Below are positions 32,450 through 42,723 of a stretch of 64,000 bases of DNA, one piece after another. The DNA lies in NCBI GenBank assembly GCA_963675595.2, contig CAXXLZ010000002.1:3040001-3104000 (forward strand). Reading direction: 5' to 3'. The DNA comes from Thermodesulfobacteriota bacterium. GTDB lineage: Bacteria > Desulfobacterota > Desulfarculia > JACQYL01. The notes below the pieces were generated by a model. The model worked only from the letters and a program-made list of their open reading frames with translations. It was not told the DNA's origin and did no database searches. The position numbers and the translations under genes are program-made. Numbering within the stretch: position 1 is the stretch's first letter; each line of letters starts with the position of its first letter.

Positions 32450-33247
32450 TTAATACATGACTATGAGCAACGACACATCCAGAGACGCCGGCAGGCTCAG
32501 TCGGCCCGCTTTACCGAGGTGTTTCGGAACGGCCGCAGCTACAAGATCGAACTCGCCGAGAAATCTCTCGCGCATATCGGAATTCTCCTCCGGAATCTCC
32601 ACGATTGTGACATCGCAGCGAGATTCCGTCAGCAGATTCCCGGCCCGTTCCAAGTCTTGAACGGCCACCTTTTCAAACCCGTCCGAATCTTGGTCCGTAA
32701 CGGGAATCGCCAAATGAAGCGGTGTGGCGCAGTCCGCCCAAAGTCTTTGAAAACAAGCAGCGAGGACGTCAATGCTCGCGGAATCGTGACAAAGAATCAG
32801 GACTTTTCGGATTTCGCTTACACCCCGAGCCAAAATCACAGGGCAACGCAAGCGCTGATACAGCCTGGATTGCAGCTTCTTATGAAGCGAAGACGCGTTC
32901 CAAGTGAAGTCGACTCCTTCGATGAAGAGATCGTAGGGGGTTTCATCCATGACTCTCAAAAGCTCGGCCTCACGGTCGCCCAGAAGCACTTCGGGAGGTC
33001 GAACCATGGGGCAGAATCCCTCTTCGGAACTCATCAACTCCGCCATTTCCTGTTCGCCTTGGTGCAGAATTTCGCGTTCCCAGGTGTGACGAGCCCACCC
33101 GGAACCCGTGGCCGGCTCGAGAGACAGCGATTCCTTGACGTAAACCGGCTGTATTTCGATATCGATGAGGCTTCCCAATCGGCAAGCGAACCGGATCGCC
33201 CTGCTGGAAGATAGATCCACATAGGTGGCCACAAGCGTCTTAATCAC
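32450..33247 (-). CDS. Divergent tandem USP-like protein
   Basis: KTLVATYVDLSSSRAIRFA..., LRCPVILARG, VSLLIV; GTG start after GGAGGGG. Confidence 0.65.
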   Translation of the reverse strand: MIKTLVATYVDLSSSRAIRFACRLGSLIDIEIQPVYVKESLSLEPATGSGWARHTWEREILHQGEQEMAELMSSEEGFCPMVRPPEVLLGDREAELLRVMDETPYDLFIEGVDFTWNASSLHKKLQSRLYQRLRCPVILARGVSEIRKVLILCHDSASIDVLAACFQRLWADCATPLHLAIPVTDQDSDGFEKVAVQDLERAGNLLTESRCDVTIVEIPEENSDMRERFLGEFDLVAAAVPKHLGKAGRLSLPASLDVSLLIVMY

Positions 33248-33303
33248 GATTTCCCCTCCTCTTGCTCGCATCTTGCCGCAAGGCCCGGTGACATACCTCC
33301 GAA

Positions 33304-33693
33304 TCAGCCCACGGATGACTGCTGTTTCGCAACGACCTTCATTACCGATTGTTGAATTTCGCCTATCTTGAACGGCTTGGCGATGAAGTCGAATACCCCT
33401 TTGCGAAACGCTTCCTTCGCGGTTTCCATAGTGGCAAATCCGGTGATTACGATCACCTCCGTCCTCGACGAACGTTTCTTAACCTCCTCAAGAAACTGCA
33501 TGCCGTCGATTCCCTCCATCTTCAGATCTGTAATGATCAAATCATAGGTCTTCTCTTTGATTCGATTGACCGCTTCCTCACTTTGGGTGAACGTGTCGAC
33601 CTGAAAACCCAGTTTTTCGAGAGCCGGTTTGAGTCTTTTGCAGACGATGGGTTCATCGTCTAGTACCAGGATACTGAGCATGTCCTTATCCAT
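33304..33693 (-). CDS. Stand-alone response-regulator receiver protein
   Basis: ILVLDDE, ITDLKM, ITG, FIAKPF; about 129 aa. Confidence 0.9.
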   Translation of the reverse strand: MDKDMLSILVLDDEPIVCKRLKPALEKLGFQVDTFTQSEEAVNRIKEKTYDLIITDLKMEGIDGMQFLEEVKKRSSRTEVIVITGFATMETAKEAFRKGVFDFIAKPFKIGEIQQSVMKVVAKQQSSVG

Positions 33694-36268
33694 GTATTCC
33701 TCCCTCCTGTGGCAGGACGTCCCCGGAGAGGCCTTGGTGGAAGAAGGCCTCGACAAACTTCGGAACATCACCGTCGGTTCTTAACCGGATGTCCAATTGC
33801 CTTGTGAAGCCGATCAACCGGCCGATGATTTCCAGAGTTCGTTCCGCTTCCTGCTGGGAAATTCCTGACATACGCCCTATGACGAGATCATCTTTGGTGT
33901 TCACTTTGAAGTTGCACCGCGACAGGATTTCGGAGAGCAGTTGGGCTCTTCGAGACCTCCTGACCAGATCGGTTACTCCCCCGATAAATCGAAAATAGAC
34001 GTGATTCCGCTCCGGCTGAGGATCGATCCTGGCATCGATGAGGGTGAAGTGGTAACCGAGAGCAAGATGAACATTCATATAGCCGGCGCCGATAACGGCG
34101 AGATTCACCCCTGTAAGGGAGGTGGAGGAGGGTGATAGGGCGAAGGTTTTCGTCATACTCGACATCATTCCGCCGAAGTCAACGGGCACCGGGTCCGTGT
34201 TCCATACACCGGGACCGGACAGCCCTTTCCACATGGCTTTGAACGGAAGCGACAAAATTCGGTCCTCCGAGACTTCTTTTTGATCCCCTTCGGAATCGAT
34301 GCCTCCGCCGATATCCAGAATCTTCAAGTTCAACGGTACGTTGGATTTCAGATTCCACACCCGGACGCCCTTACCCTTTTTGGTGAATCTGGGAATATCC
34401 ATCAATTCATGAACCGCCTTCTCGTGGATGAAACGGATCATGTCGTGTACCGATTTGCATCCTTGTGATGTGAATTGCGGCGATTCCGGATCCAAAAGGG
34501 ATAAACGGGAAACTCGTTTGAGAATTCTGCGAAGAAGGCGGAACTCGGGGGTTTCTTCAAAAACCGAAGACTCCATGAGCTCAAAGTCGAGCAATTCCTG
34601 AGCCCTGCCTTCATAGATGACTCGTTGATGCGTGTCCAACGTAATCTCTTTCCCAACGGGAAGAATCGAAGCGGCATTCTCTACGTCGAAAAGAGCCGGA
34701 ACCCTGAATTCCCGCGCTATCGTCGCCAAATGTGAGGCGGCCGACCCCATCTCCGTCACTATGGCCGAGGCTTTGGGAAGAAGTCCGGCGAGGGACGGAG
34801 AGGCGAACCTGCTCACGATAATCGCTCCTTCGGGAAAGTCGCCGTGGTCTTCGTCATGCTGAACCACAAACACGGGCCCGGAACCCACCCCCGCATGGAT
34901 GACCACTCCTCGGTCCTTGAGCAGGATGGGATTGCAGGAACAGACTCTTCCGAGCTCCAATTTGGGAGAAGGCCTGTTCCAGGGGATCGTAAGTCGGCGG
35001 CTCTGCAAAATCCATAGTCGCCCATCCTTGCCCGCAGTCCATTCGATTTCCTGAGGGCATTTAAAATAACGCTCCAGCGCCAGAGCCCACTGGGACAGGG
35101 TCTTGATATCGGATTCGGAAAGGTAGGACTGAGGGTCTCCGTCGGCCATCCGAGACCCTGATTCGCCGTCGCCGGCTTTGCCTGCCTTTGCTTGTGACAA
35201 TCGAGTCGCAAAATCCACCGTTATGACTTGATACGGCGCGGCTCGATCGATCACGTATCGGACATGCGGGGAGTCTCCTTCCACCAGGCTGCGACCAAAG
35301 CCTCGGCAGGCGTAGACGGTCATGTGGTCGCTTCCTTCTTCGACGAAGTCCAACGTATGAGTCACTCCGCTGACACGACTGTCGATCATTTCCTGGCACA
35401 ACACCGCCATGGCGGGTTCTTCTCCCAGCAGTCCCATCTTCTTTCGATAAACCAATGCTTCCGGGGAAAACAGGCTGGCGATTACCCTCTTATACGCCTT
35501 TTTCAGTTCATCCTTTGTCACCTGAAGGAAGCTTTCATGCAAACCGGTGAAAGACAGTTCACCGTCCTCTCCGTAAGCACTGCTTCTAAAGGACCAAGAT
35601 GCGGATTTCTCCGCTTTGGCCAGAATTTCCCGACCGACGTTCTGGGGCACCAGACCGGCTAGAACAGCGAACTTGATTTGTCTGGATGTGATGGTCTCGT
35701 CCGTGTCTCCGGCAAGCCAGGATTCCAGCAAACCCAGAATTCGATCTTCCAGCTGATTGAGTTCCAGAAAACGATGATAGGCCTTTGTGGTCACGACAAA
35801 TCCGTTGGGTACCGGAATCTGAAGCTGCTGAGTGATTTCGGCCAGCGTGTTCGCCTTACCCCCGGTGAGTTCGGGAGTATCCAACGGTGCCTCGCTCAGG
35901 GAAGTCACAAAAGGCATTTTGTCCGAAAGAGTCAATCGCCCTCGAAGCTCCGCCAGAAGGGGAAGGAAGACACGGTCCAAGGTTTCGTATAATTCCTTGT
36001 ATTTATTGGATGAAATCAGGTTCAAATCCTTCACCATCTGTAGCAACAGACTTTGAAGCTCCGTGACCGAATCGTTCAAGTACTTTCGATCGAAAATGTA
36101 CTCTCCCCCCGACATTTCTCCCAGAGCCGTGACCAACTCCATGGCACGTTGGTGTTGAGCGAGCAGTCTTTGGAAGTGCTCGAAGATTTCGGGAAAGGAA
36201 ACCTCCTCGGATTGCGGCCGCTGCCTTCCGGTCCAAAGGGATCGCCATTTGTCGATCAAATGTTTCAT
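33686..36268 (-). CDS. PEP synthase/PPDK-like protein (ATP-grasp + phospho-His swivel domain, no PEP/pyruvate TIM barrel)
   Basis: GGKA, VPNGF, RSSAYGED, SFTG, QEM, EIEW, LQSR; swivel motif GSAASHLATIAREFRVP; unrelated C-terminal domain. Start 36268 or 36295. Confidence 0.8.
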   Translation of the reverse strand: MKHLIDKWRSLWTGRQRPQSEEVSFPEIFEHFQRLLAQHQRAMELVTALGEMSGGEYIFDRKYLNDSVTELQSLLLQMVKDLNLISSNKYKELYETLDRVFLPLLAELRGRLTLSDKMPFVTSLSEAPLDTPELTGGKANTLAEITQQLQIPVPNGFVVTTKAYHRFLELNQLEDRILGLLESWLAGDTDETITSRQIKFAVLAGLVPQNVGREILAKAEKSASWSFRSSAYGEDGELSFTGLHESFLQVTKDELKKAYKRVIASLFSPEALVYRKKMGLLGEEPAMAVLCQEMIDSRVSGVTHTLDFVEEGSDHMTVYACRGFGRSLVEGDSPHVRYVIDRAAPYQVITVDFATRLSQAKAGKAGDGESGSRMADGDPQSYLSESDIKTLSQWALALERYFKCPQEIEWTAGKDGRLWILQSRRLTIPWNRPSPKLELGRVCSCNPILLKDRGVVIHAGVGSGPVFVVQHDEDHGDFPEGAIIVSRFASPSLAGLLPKASAIVTEMGSAASHLATIAREFRVPALFDVENAASILPVGKEITLDTHQRVIYEGRAQELLDFELMESSVFEETPEFRLLRRILKRVSRLSLLDPESPQFTSQGCKSVHDMIRFIHEKAVHELMDIPRFTKKGKGVRVWNLKSNVPLNLKILDIGGGIDSEGDQKEVSEDRILSLPFKAMWKGLSGPGVWNTDPVPVDFGGMMSSMTKTFALSPSSTSLTGVNLAVIGAGYMNVHLALGYHFTLIDARIDPQPERNHVYFRFIGGVTDLVRRSRRAQLLSEILSRCNFKVNTKDDLVIGRMSGISQQEAERTLEIIGRLIGFTRQLDIRLRTDGDVPKFVEAFFHQGLSGDVLPQEGGIHG

Positions 36269-36400
36269 GTGGAACAACCCCGAAGGTTCGGGCAAGAAGG
36301 CGATTTTTTTCGGTCCTTAAAAGAACTCCGCCGTATACAATTATGAAATCCTCTTCGCCGCATACGGAATTCCCGTAACTCAAAACCGGCCTTCGACCTG

Positions 36401-37186
36401 TTAATGTGCTCCCCCTTTGCCTTTGAACAAGAATCCCATGGCAAACCCAACAAAGATGGCGATCAATACGGCCACAATTCCGTATACCGCCTCGTGGTGA
36501 AACGCCATGGAATTCATGAGCGCCGGAAAGCCGACCATATCAACCTGTAGAGGAGTGCATTCCTTGTTCAGCAAACGACCGTTTCCCACCACCGACATAC
36601 AGACCGTATAGGCTCCGGGCCGTACCGATCCGGGTAGACGAAAGGAGCATTCAACCGCGGATCCGTCCTCTCCTCCGGGGGAAACCAGAACTTTTTGCGC
36701 GGCTTTAGAATAGAGCTTCTCGCTTTGTTTCAGGTCGATAAACTGTTGGAACAGCTCGGAGGAGTTATCCAAGCCTTGGCCTGTGAAGGAGATGAGGCTC
36801 TGAAGATAACCGTAACCCCAATCTTCGTTTGAGCCCGAAAGTAGTTGATCGTCATCGCTTGCGACAAGGAACAGATCCGGAGCGCCTTCGACTTCCATTT
36901 CCCCTACGTTCATCCAGAGTCCGCCTCGGCGACCCTTGCGCATCAGGCGAATGTCGTGAGTCGGACCGATCACCTCTATGACCGCGTGGGTTTCATTCGG
37001 AATCTTTCCCGTGACCTTGACGTTTGCCCCATCAAAGGTTGTACCGATATGGACAAGGTTGGGAAGCACATGAAGGCCGCCCACGTTCGCCGCCTCCGCA
37101 CTCTTCAACGTGCAGGCGAGAATCAGGCAGCAAAGGATCAAGAACAGCGTTGAGTTCGCCGATCGGTCGCAACTTTCCCTCAACAT
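36401..37186 (-). CDS. TIGR02186-like membrane-anchored protein (usual TSUP partner)
   Basis: Signal peptide, IGTTFDG, MRKGRRGGLWMN, C-terminal TM helix; directly after TSUP. Confidence 0.75.
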   Translation of the reverse strand: MLRESCDRSANSTLFLILCCLILACTLKSAEAANVGGLHVLPNLVHIGTTFDGANVKVTGKIPNETHAVIEVIGPTHDIRLMRKGRRGGLWMNVGEMEVEGAPDLFLVASDDDQLLSGSNEDWGYGYLQSLISFTGQGLDNSSELFQQFIDLKQSEKLYSKAAQKVLVSPGGEDGSAVECSFRLPGSVRPGAYTVCMSVVGNGRLLNKECTPLQVDMVGFPALMNSMAFHHEAVYGIVAVLIAIFVGFAMGFLFKGKGGAH

Positions 37187-37187
37187 C

Positions 37188-38120
37188 TCAATGTCCCCCT
37201 TTATAGGCTATCATGTGATGAGGGGTCAGCATAAGGCCGAAAAGCATCTTAAACATTACGATCAGCACAATGGAAGCCAGGAGAATTTTCAACTGATCGG
37301 CTTTGAGTCTACGACTCATCTTGGCGCCGAATTGGGCTCCCAGAGTCGAACCGAGCAACAAAAGCATAGCAAGAATTAAATCCACGGTGTGATTGGTAAT
37401 TGCCTGCATAAAGGTTACATTGATGCAGGTAAACAGTATCTGAAAAAGGCTCGTTCCGACCACCACATGCATGGGCATCCTCAGCATATAAACCATGACG
37501 GGAACCATTATGAACCCGCCGCCGACACCCATTATTGCCGATAATACACCTACCAATACGCCAAGTACCAGAGGAACCAGCGGTGAAAGTGTGATACCCG
37601 ATTTTTCAAAATGGGTTTGATAAGGAAGCGATTGTATAATCCGGATATATATTGAGCTCTTTGGAGAACTCTCTTTCTTTTTCTGTGTGTATTTATGCTT
37701 CTTCAGTGCCTGGAGGCTTTCTATGAACATGAATGCACCAACCAAGCCAAGCATGACAACATAGGTGATCTTAATGACGAAGTCGGCGCTTCCAAGGCTG
37801 TTCAATATTTTGATCAGCCGGACCCCGGCGGTTCCACCGATCACACCACCGATGAGCAAATATAAACCCATTTTAAAGTCGACATTTCCCAGGCGGTAAT
37901 GGGCGAATGTCCCCGACGTGGATGCGGCGACAATCTGGTTGGAGTCGGAGGCGGCCGCCACCATGGGGGGAATGCCTACCATGATGAGAAGAGGGGTCAT
38001 CAAAAACCCGCCCCCGACACCGAACAGACCTGAAAGGAATCCAACGCCACCCCCAAGTCCGAACAACAGAAGAATATTGGTCGAATGACCTGCGAGTGGG
38101 AGATAAAGATTAAGGAACAT
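37188..38120 (-). CDS. TSUP (TauE/SafE) family sulfur-oxyanion transporter
   Basis: Two repeats GFLSGLFGVGGGFLMTP and GVLSAIMGVGGGFIMVP, VVGTSL; multiple TM helices. Confidence 0.9.
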   Translation of the reverse strand: MFLNLYLPLAGHSTNILLLFGLGGGVGFLSGLFGVGGGFLMTPLLIMVGIPPMVAAASDSNQIVAASTSGTFAHYRLGNVDFKMGLYLLIGGVIGGTAGVRLIKILNSLGSADFVIKITYVVMLGLVGAFMFIESLQALKKHKYTQKKKESSPKSSIYIRIIQSLPYQTHFEKSGITLSPLVPLVLGVLVGVLSAIMGVGGGFIMVPVMVYMLRMPMHVVVGTSLFQILFTCINVTFMQAITNHTVDLILAMLLLLGSTLGAQFGAKMSRRLKADQLKILLASIVLIVMFKMLFGLMLTPHHMIAYKGGH

Positions 38121-38139
38121 CGTGATTCTCCTTCGGCGG

Positions 38140-38604
38140 CTATTGGATAGTGGATTCCGAGTAACGACGGACGTTGCCTTTTTCTTGAACGATCAGAATT
38201 TCCCCTTCGAACGCGCCCCTGAGATTTTCCAGATTTGAAGAAAACCCGGCATAGCCTGTCTTGCCGGCCACATGCGTTACTCCCAACACAATGAATTGAA
38301 TCCATGGCTGAGAGGTTACGAGACGGATGATCTCATCAAAGAACAGCCCCCTGGACAGGTAGGTTGAAGTGGTCACCCCTGCCGATCGGGAAAGTTCGAT
38401 CATTCCGTCTAATCGAGAACGTTGTTCTTCACTGAGGCCCTCCAGGATGAGTTCTCCCTCCTTGGGACCTCCCCCACCAACCCCGGGGACAACGGCCATC
38501 AAGAGCAGCGCGGACTTGGTACGAGCGGCGAGCTGCAATCCGTACCGAGCGGCCGCGAGGCCGGTCTCCCCTAAATCCAGACTGACAAGAACGGTCTTCT
38601 GCAC
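38140..38604 (-). CDS. Universal stress protein-like
   Basis: KTVLVSLD...AARYGLQLA...FIVLG...ILIV; GTG start after GGAGG. Confidence 0.65.
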   Translation of the reverse strand: MQKTVLVSLDLGETGLAAARYGLQLAARTKSALLLMAVVPGVGGGGPKEGELILEGLSEEQRSRLDGMIELSRSAGVTTSTYLSRGLFFDEIIRLVTSQPWIQFIVLGVTHVAGKTGYAGFSSNLENLRGAFEGEILIVQEKGNVRRYSESTIQ

Positions 38605-38629
38605 ATGACAACCTCCTGCTCTGCCCTTT

Positions 38630-38645
38630 AGCAAGAGCCGTTCCA
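38630..38645 (-). promoter_or_regulatory. Sigma54 (-24/-12) promoter of the USP-TSUP operon
   Basis: Minus strand TGGAAC-GGCTC-TTGCT matches TGGCAC-N5-TTGCW; an enhancer-binding protein is encoded nearby. Confidence 0.8.
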
Positions 38646-38707
38646 TTTGGTTTATTTATTAATTTCAATAGGTTAAATTGGGTGGGTCCCAAAAGGGGGA
38701 AGGGAAT

Positions 38708-38786
38708 TGTTTCAAAATGAAAAAACGTCGAGAGAATCGCGGAAAACACTGAAATGGCAGGCTTGAACGTGTTCCATATTGGAACG
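38708..38786. promoter_or_regulatory. Two putative upstream activator sites for the adjacent sigma54 regulator
   Basis: TGTTTCA-AAA-TGAAAAA (38708-38724) and TGTTCCA-TAT-TGGAACG (38770-38786); IHF-like TTTCAATAGGTTA between them and the promoter. Confidence 0.6.
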
Positions 38787-39342
38787 CTTGGGGAAGTCAA
38801 AGTGGAATGGACCGGCCGGAACCGGAAGTATGTGGCCGCTGTTTGCCGCCGATTCGCGCCGGTTCAAGGGGAAGGAAAGGGGCTCTCTTCGCAGGGCACC
38901 GGATTAACAAGCTCCGTAAGTAAACTTTCGGCGTTTTCCGGAAAAAGGATTGTTCAAAGTTTTCCGGGGGAGGTCCGGAGCCGCTGCGAAGCCCACTGCC
39001 GATCTCCGAATATCCTCCACAAGCATGCCTGGCCGAACAGAAGTCCGCTCATTGAATCGGCGTTCCGGTTTCGTCGGGGCGGGCCGTGGGGGCTGTGGAC
39101 TTTACTCAAGGAAGAGCGGGGCACGGAATCCGGGCAACTGAAGATAAATAGGATTGGCCTCGGCCCGTGATTTTCCGGTGAAGACCGTTTCCGCGGCATT
39201 ACCCGCCCATCCTGTGAACGTGCACGGATCTTCGGCCCTTGCGATCGGACTTCCGAACAGGTCGGCAAGAGAGGAGGATGGGAAGCGAGAAGGGCTGTAC
39301 CAAAGGTGAGTCATTCCACCGTTCGACGGGGCGGGAGGCCTG

Positions 39343-40701
39343 TTAGTCTTCAGCGAGGGCCACGCGCTTTTTCGAAAAACCGTACTTCTTCATCTTCCGC
39401 CACAAGGTCGTCCGAGGAAGGCAGAGAATTTCCGAAGCCTTGCCCATGTTGTAGTCCGTTGCGGCCAATACCTTACCGATATATTCGCGCTCGTGATCTT
39501 CGAGTGTGATCCATTCACTAAGGGGAGTTACGGAGTAGGTCCACAGGTCTTCGGGCAGGTCGTCGGTCATGACCATGTCCCTTTCCGCCAAGGCGACGGC
39601 TCGCTCGATGATGTTTTCGAGCTCCCGCACATTTCCGGGATAGGTGTAGTTCAGGAGAATTTCCCGGGCTTGCGGATGAATTCCCGCCAAATTCTTGCGA
39701 AATTTCCCGTTATAACGTGAGAAAAAATAGTTGATGAGGAGAGGAATGTCCTCTTTTCTGTCTCTAAGCCTGGGGAGCTCTATCTTAACCACGTTGAGTC
39801 GGAAATATAAATCCTCCCGGAATCTTCCATCGCCTACCGCCCGTTTCAGGTCTTTGTTGGATGCGGCCAAAAACCTCAGGTCGAGACTGATCGGCCGGCT
39901 CCCACCTACTCGTAGGATTTGTTTTTCCTGAATGACTCGCAGCAGTTTTGCCTGCATGGTCAGCGGCATATCGGCGATTTCATCCATCAACACGGTCCCG
40001 CGATGGGCCGTTTCGAGAATCCCGATCTTCGTCATGGTCGCCCCTGTAAAGGCTCCCCGCTCATACCCGAAAAGCTCGCTGGCAATAAGCTCCTCGGTAA
40101 ATCCGGCACAGTTGAATGCAACAAAAGGACGATCCTTTCGGGCGCTTTGCCTATGGATGGCACGAGCAACCAATTCCTTGCCCGTACCGCTTTCGCCTTG
40201 GATAATAATGCTGCAGTCCAGCGGAGCGACTTTTCGAATCGCCAGGAAGATATCCTTCATCGAATTGCCGCCGCCGACCATTTCCCCCCATCCCTCGATG
40301 GGGTCTAGTTGCGCCTTGAGTTGAGAGTTCTCGCGCAGAACACGCCTGTATTCCAGAGCCTGTCGTGCTAAATGCCGCACGTCCGCAAGCCTGAGAGGTT
40401 TGGACAAATAATAGAAGGCGCCGGCTTTGACGGCCTCGATGGCGGAGTCGATGGACGCGTACCCCGTGATTAGAATAATCTCCGTGTCGGGCGATGATTC
40501 CTTGATCTTGCGAAGCACCTCGGTACCGTTCATACCGGGGAGAACCACATCCAAAACGACCAAATCGAAAAGCTTAGACTCCAGGTCTTCCAGCAAGGCT
40601 TCACCCGTGCCGTAGGTGTCTACGCTTGAACCGTCCTTGGAGAGTTCGGCACTGAGACGTTTTCGAACGATGGGCTCATCGTCGACAACTGCTATACGCA
40701 T
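39343..40701 (-). CDS. NtrC-family sigma54-dependent response regulator
   Basis: Receiver domain, GESGTGKE, GAFTGA, RFREDLYFRL, PGNVREL, Fis-type HTH. Confidence 0.95.
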   Translation of the reverse strand: MRIAVVDDEPIVRKRLSAELSKDGSSVDTYGTGEALLEDLESKLFDLVVLDVVLPGMNGTEVLRKIKESSPDTEIILITGYASIDSAIEAVKAGAFYYLSKPLRLADVRHLARQALEYRRVLRENSQLKAQLDPIEGWGEMVGGGNSMKDIFLAIRKVAPLDCSIIIQGESGTGKELVARAIHRQSARKDRPFVAFNCAGFTEELIASELFGYERGAFTGATMTKIGILETAHRGTVLMDEIADMPLTMQAKLLRVIQEKQILRVGGSRPISLDLRFLAASNKDLKRAVGDGRFREDLYFRLNVVKIELPRLRDRKEDIPLLINYFFSRYNGKFRKNLAGIHPQAREILLNYTYPGNVRELENIIERAVALAERDMVMTDDLPEDLWTYSVTPLSEWITLEDHEREYIGKVLAATDYNMGKASEILCLPRTTLWRKMKKYGFSKKRVALAED

Positions 40702-40708
40702 TCTCTCC

Positions 40709-42172
40709 TCACGATGATGCGGATTTGATCCGGCACACATTGGTGGGAAGAATCACGGTGAAAGTGGATCCTTCGCCTTTTTTGCTCTTCACCTCGAGCC
40801 TGCCGCCGTGTTTCCGCACGATGTTGTAGCTTACCGACAAACCCAATCCCGTGCCTTTGCCCACTTCCTTCGTCGTGTAAAACGGATCGAAAATATTGGG
40901 GAGGTCCCGTGCGTCTATTCCCGCACCGGTATCGGATACGTCCACCATCACCGATTCGCCGTCGGGCGACGACGCGGCGTGGACCGTCAGATCTCCTCCT
41001 TCCGGCATCGCCTGGAAGGCGTTAATGATAAGATTGAGGAAAACCTGCTGCAGGCTCTTGGCTTCACCATAAGTGGGGGGCAGGTCTTCAGGGATTTCGG
41101 TGATGAATCGGACGCGGGAGAAAGCCAGTTGGTTGCGGACCAGTCGGGCCGTGTCTTTGATCAGTGAGTTGATCTCGATGGACTCCAATTCCGGTTTTTC
41201 CGCGCGGGCGAAGTCGAGCAGGTTTTTCACGATCTCCGACGCCCTCTCGGACTGGATGAGGATGTCCTGAAGCATTTCGTGGATGTCTTCTTCTTTCATT
41301 TCATGGAAGTCTTCTTTGATTGCTTCGGTGGTGAGCACGATGTTGTTGATGGGATTATTGAGCTCGTGAGCGACGCCGGAGGTGAGCGTGCCGATGGCGG
41401 CGATCTTTCTGGACTGAACCAACTGCTCCTGCCGATCCTCCAGTTCGCGAATCATTCTGTTGAACGTGGTGAAGACGGCCCTGAATTCCTCGGATCGAAG
41501 GTCGTCTTCCGGTATGAAGGAAAAGTCGCCTTGAGCAATCCTTGTCATGGCGGCTTCGAGCTTGATCAACGGATAGACCAATATTTGTGAAAGATGAAAT
41601 GCGACGGCCACGCCAAGGATCAGAAACACTCCCATGGAAGCGGCAAAAAGTTGAATGGTTTTTTTAAATAGTCGACCTATTTGTTCTCTTTCCTCTTTTC
41701 TCCATTGATGCGCAATATCGAGCATAACCTGTCCAAAGCTGCGTAACCGTCCCTCCAAGCTGGAAATTCCCAAGGGAGTACTTTCCTGTGCGGCTCCGAA
41801 GCTCAAGGACTTTATTTTTTCCAGGGTGACTTTGTAATTCTCCAGTGCATCCCGGAACGATTCCCCGCTATGCGACTCATCTCTGTCTGAAATGGCATCA
41901 CCATACGCTGAGTATAATCCTTCAACGCTGCTGATATAGTATTCGGCTTCATGGATACTGGTCGGCTCGTGGTACAGAAAGTAGTTCTTTTCGAAACGAC
42001 GCGTCTCCAGAATATTGTCCATCAGGTCATCCGCCACTTCCACGAGACGCAGCTTGGTTCCAATCTCTTGGTGAACTTGAAGGCTGATGATTCCGAAGAC
42101 GGCTACGGAAAAAACGCAGAAAAGAAAAGCAAGCAGGATTCTTTTGCGGATTTTAATTGTGGATTTTTCCAT
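40709..42172 (-). CDS. Membrane sensor histidine kinase (periplasmic domain, HAMP, HisKA, HATPase)
   Basis: Two TM helices, GVAHELNNP, NLIINA, DTGAG, FDPFYTTK, GTGLGL. Confidence 0.95.
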   Translation of the reverse strand: MEKSTIKIRKRILLAFLFCVFSVAVFGIISLQVHQEIGTKLRLVEVADDLMDNILETRRFEKNYFLYHEPTSIHEAEYYISSVEGLYSAYGDAISDRDESHSGESFRDALENYKVTLEKIKSLSFGAAQESTPLGISSLEGRLRSFGQVMLDIAHQWRKEEREQIGRLFKKTIQLFAASMGVFLILGVAVAFHLSQILVYPLIKLEAAMTRIAQGDFSFIPEDDLRSEEFRAVFTTFNRMIRELEDRQEQLVQSRKIAAIGTLTSGVAHELNNPINNIVLTTEAIKEDFHEMKEEDIHEMLQDILIQSERASEIVKNLLDFARAEKPELESIEINSLIKDTARLVRNQLAFSRVRFITEIPEDLPPTYGEAKSLQQVFLNLIINAFQAMPEGGDLTVHAASSPDGESVMVDVSDTGAGIDARDLPNIFDPFYTTKEVGKGTGLGLSVSYNIVRKHGGRLEVKSKKGEGSTFTVILPTNVCRIKSASS

Positions 42173-42642
42173 CCGAAAGGAGGCCTTTAATTCGTCGTGT
42201 ATCGGTCCAGAGATTTGGAACTTAGGATATTCGGAATGATATCAGCAGTCATCGACCAAATCAAATTTAGGGAAATTTTTCCTCATTAGGATGGAGCCGG
42301 CGAAAACATTCGCACCCGTTTCGCAGCCTACCGAGCGTGTCCCGAGACGTGCGACCGGATCGGCGGTATCGGAATTACACGGAAACCTCCGGCAACAGGA
42401 TCGTGTGAGGTGCCGGTGGACGAGGATGAATGGGGGTGTCGGCTTGCGTGCTTGCCGATGAAATGCACCGACGGGAAGCGTCGAGGCCTTCTAAACTGAA
42501 TCGAGGAAAGCCCGTTCACAAGCTTTCCCCGTAGTTCCGTTCGCGTTGATATCCCGCGCGCCGGGCCGGAACCGGTAGACGCGGAGCATTGGGATATTTC
42601 AAGTGGAAGCCGGCCGATTCTCTCCTCTCGCCTTTGTCATTC

Positions 42643-42723
42643 TCACAACATGAACAAGTAGATCACCCAGAGAATGACGATCAGGCTCATGAGCATATTA
42701 CCCCACGCAGATTTGCGGTTCAT
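42643..42723 (-). CDS. Putative 26-aa single-TM small protein
   Basis: AAAGGAGGA RBS then MNRKSAWGNMLMSLIVILWVIYLFML*; below the ORF-track cutoff. Confidence 0.55.
   Translation of the reverse strand: MNRKSAWGNMLMSLIVILWVIYLFML

Noticed and set aside
38754-39314. Several short ORFs between the USP gene and the sigma54 regulator
   Set aside because: No motifs or good RBS; the region overlaps enhancer sites and is treated as intergenic.
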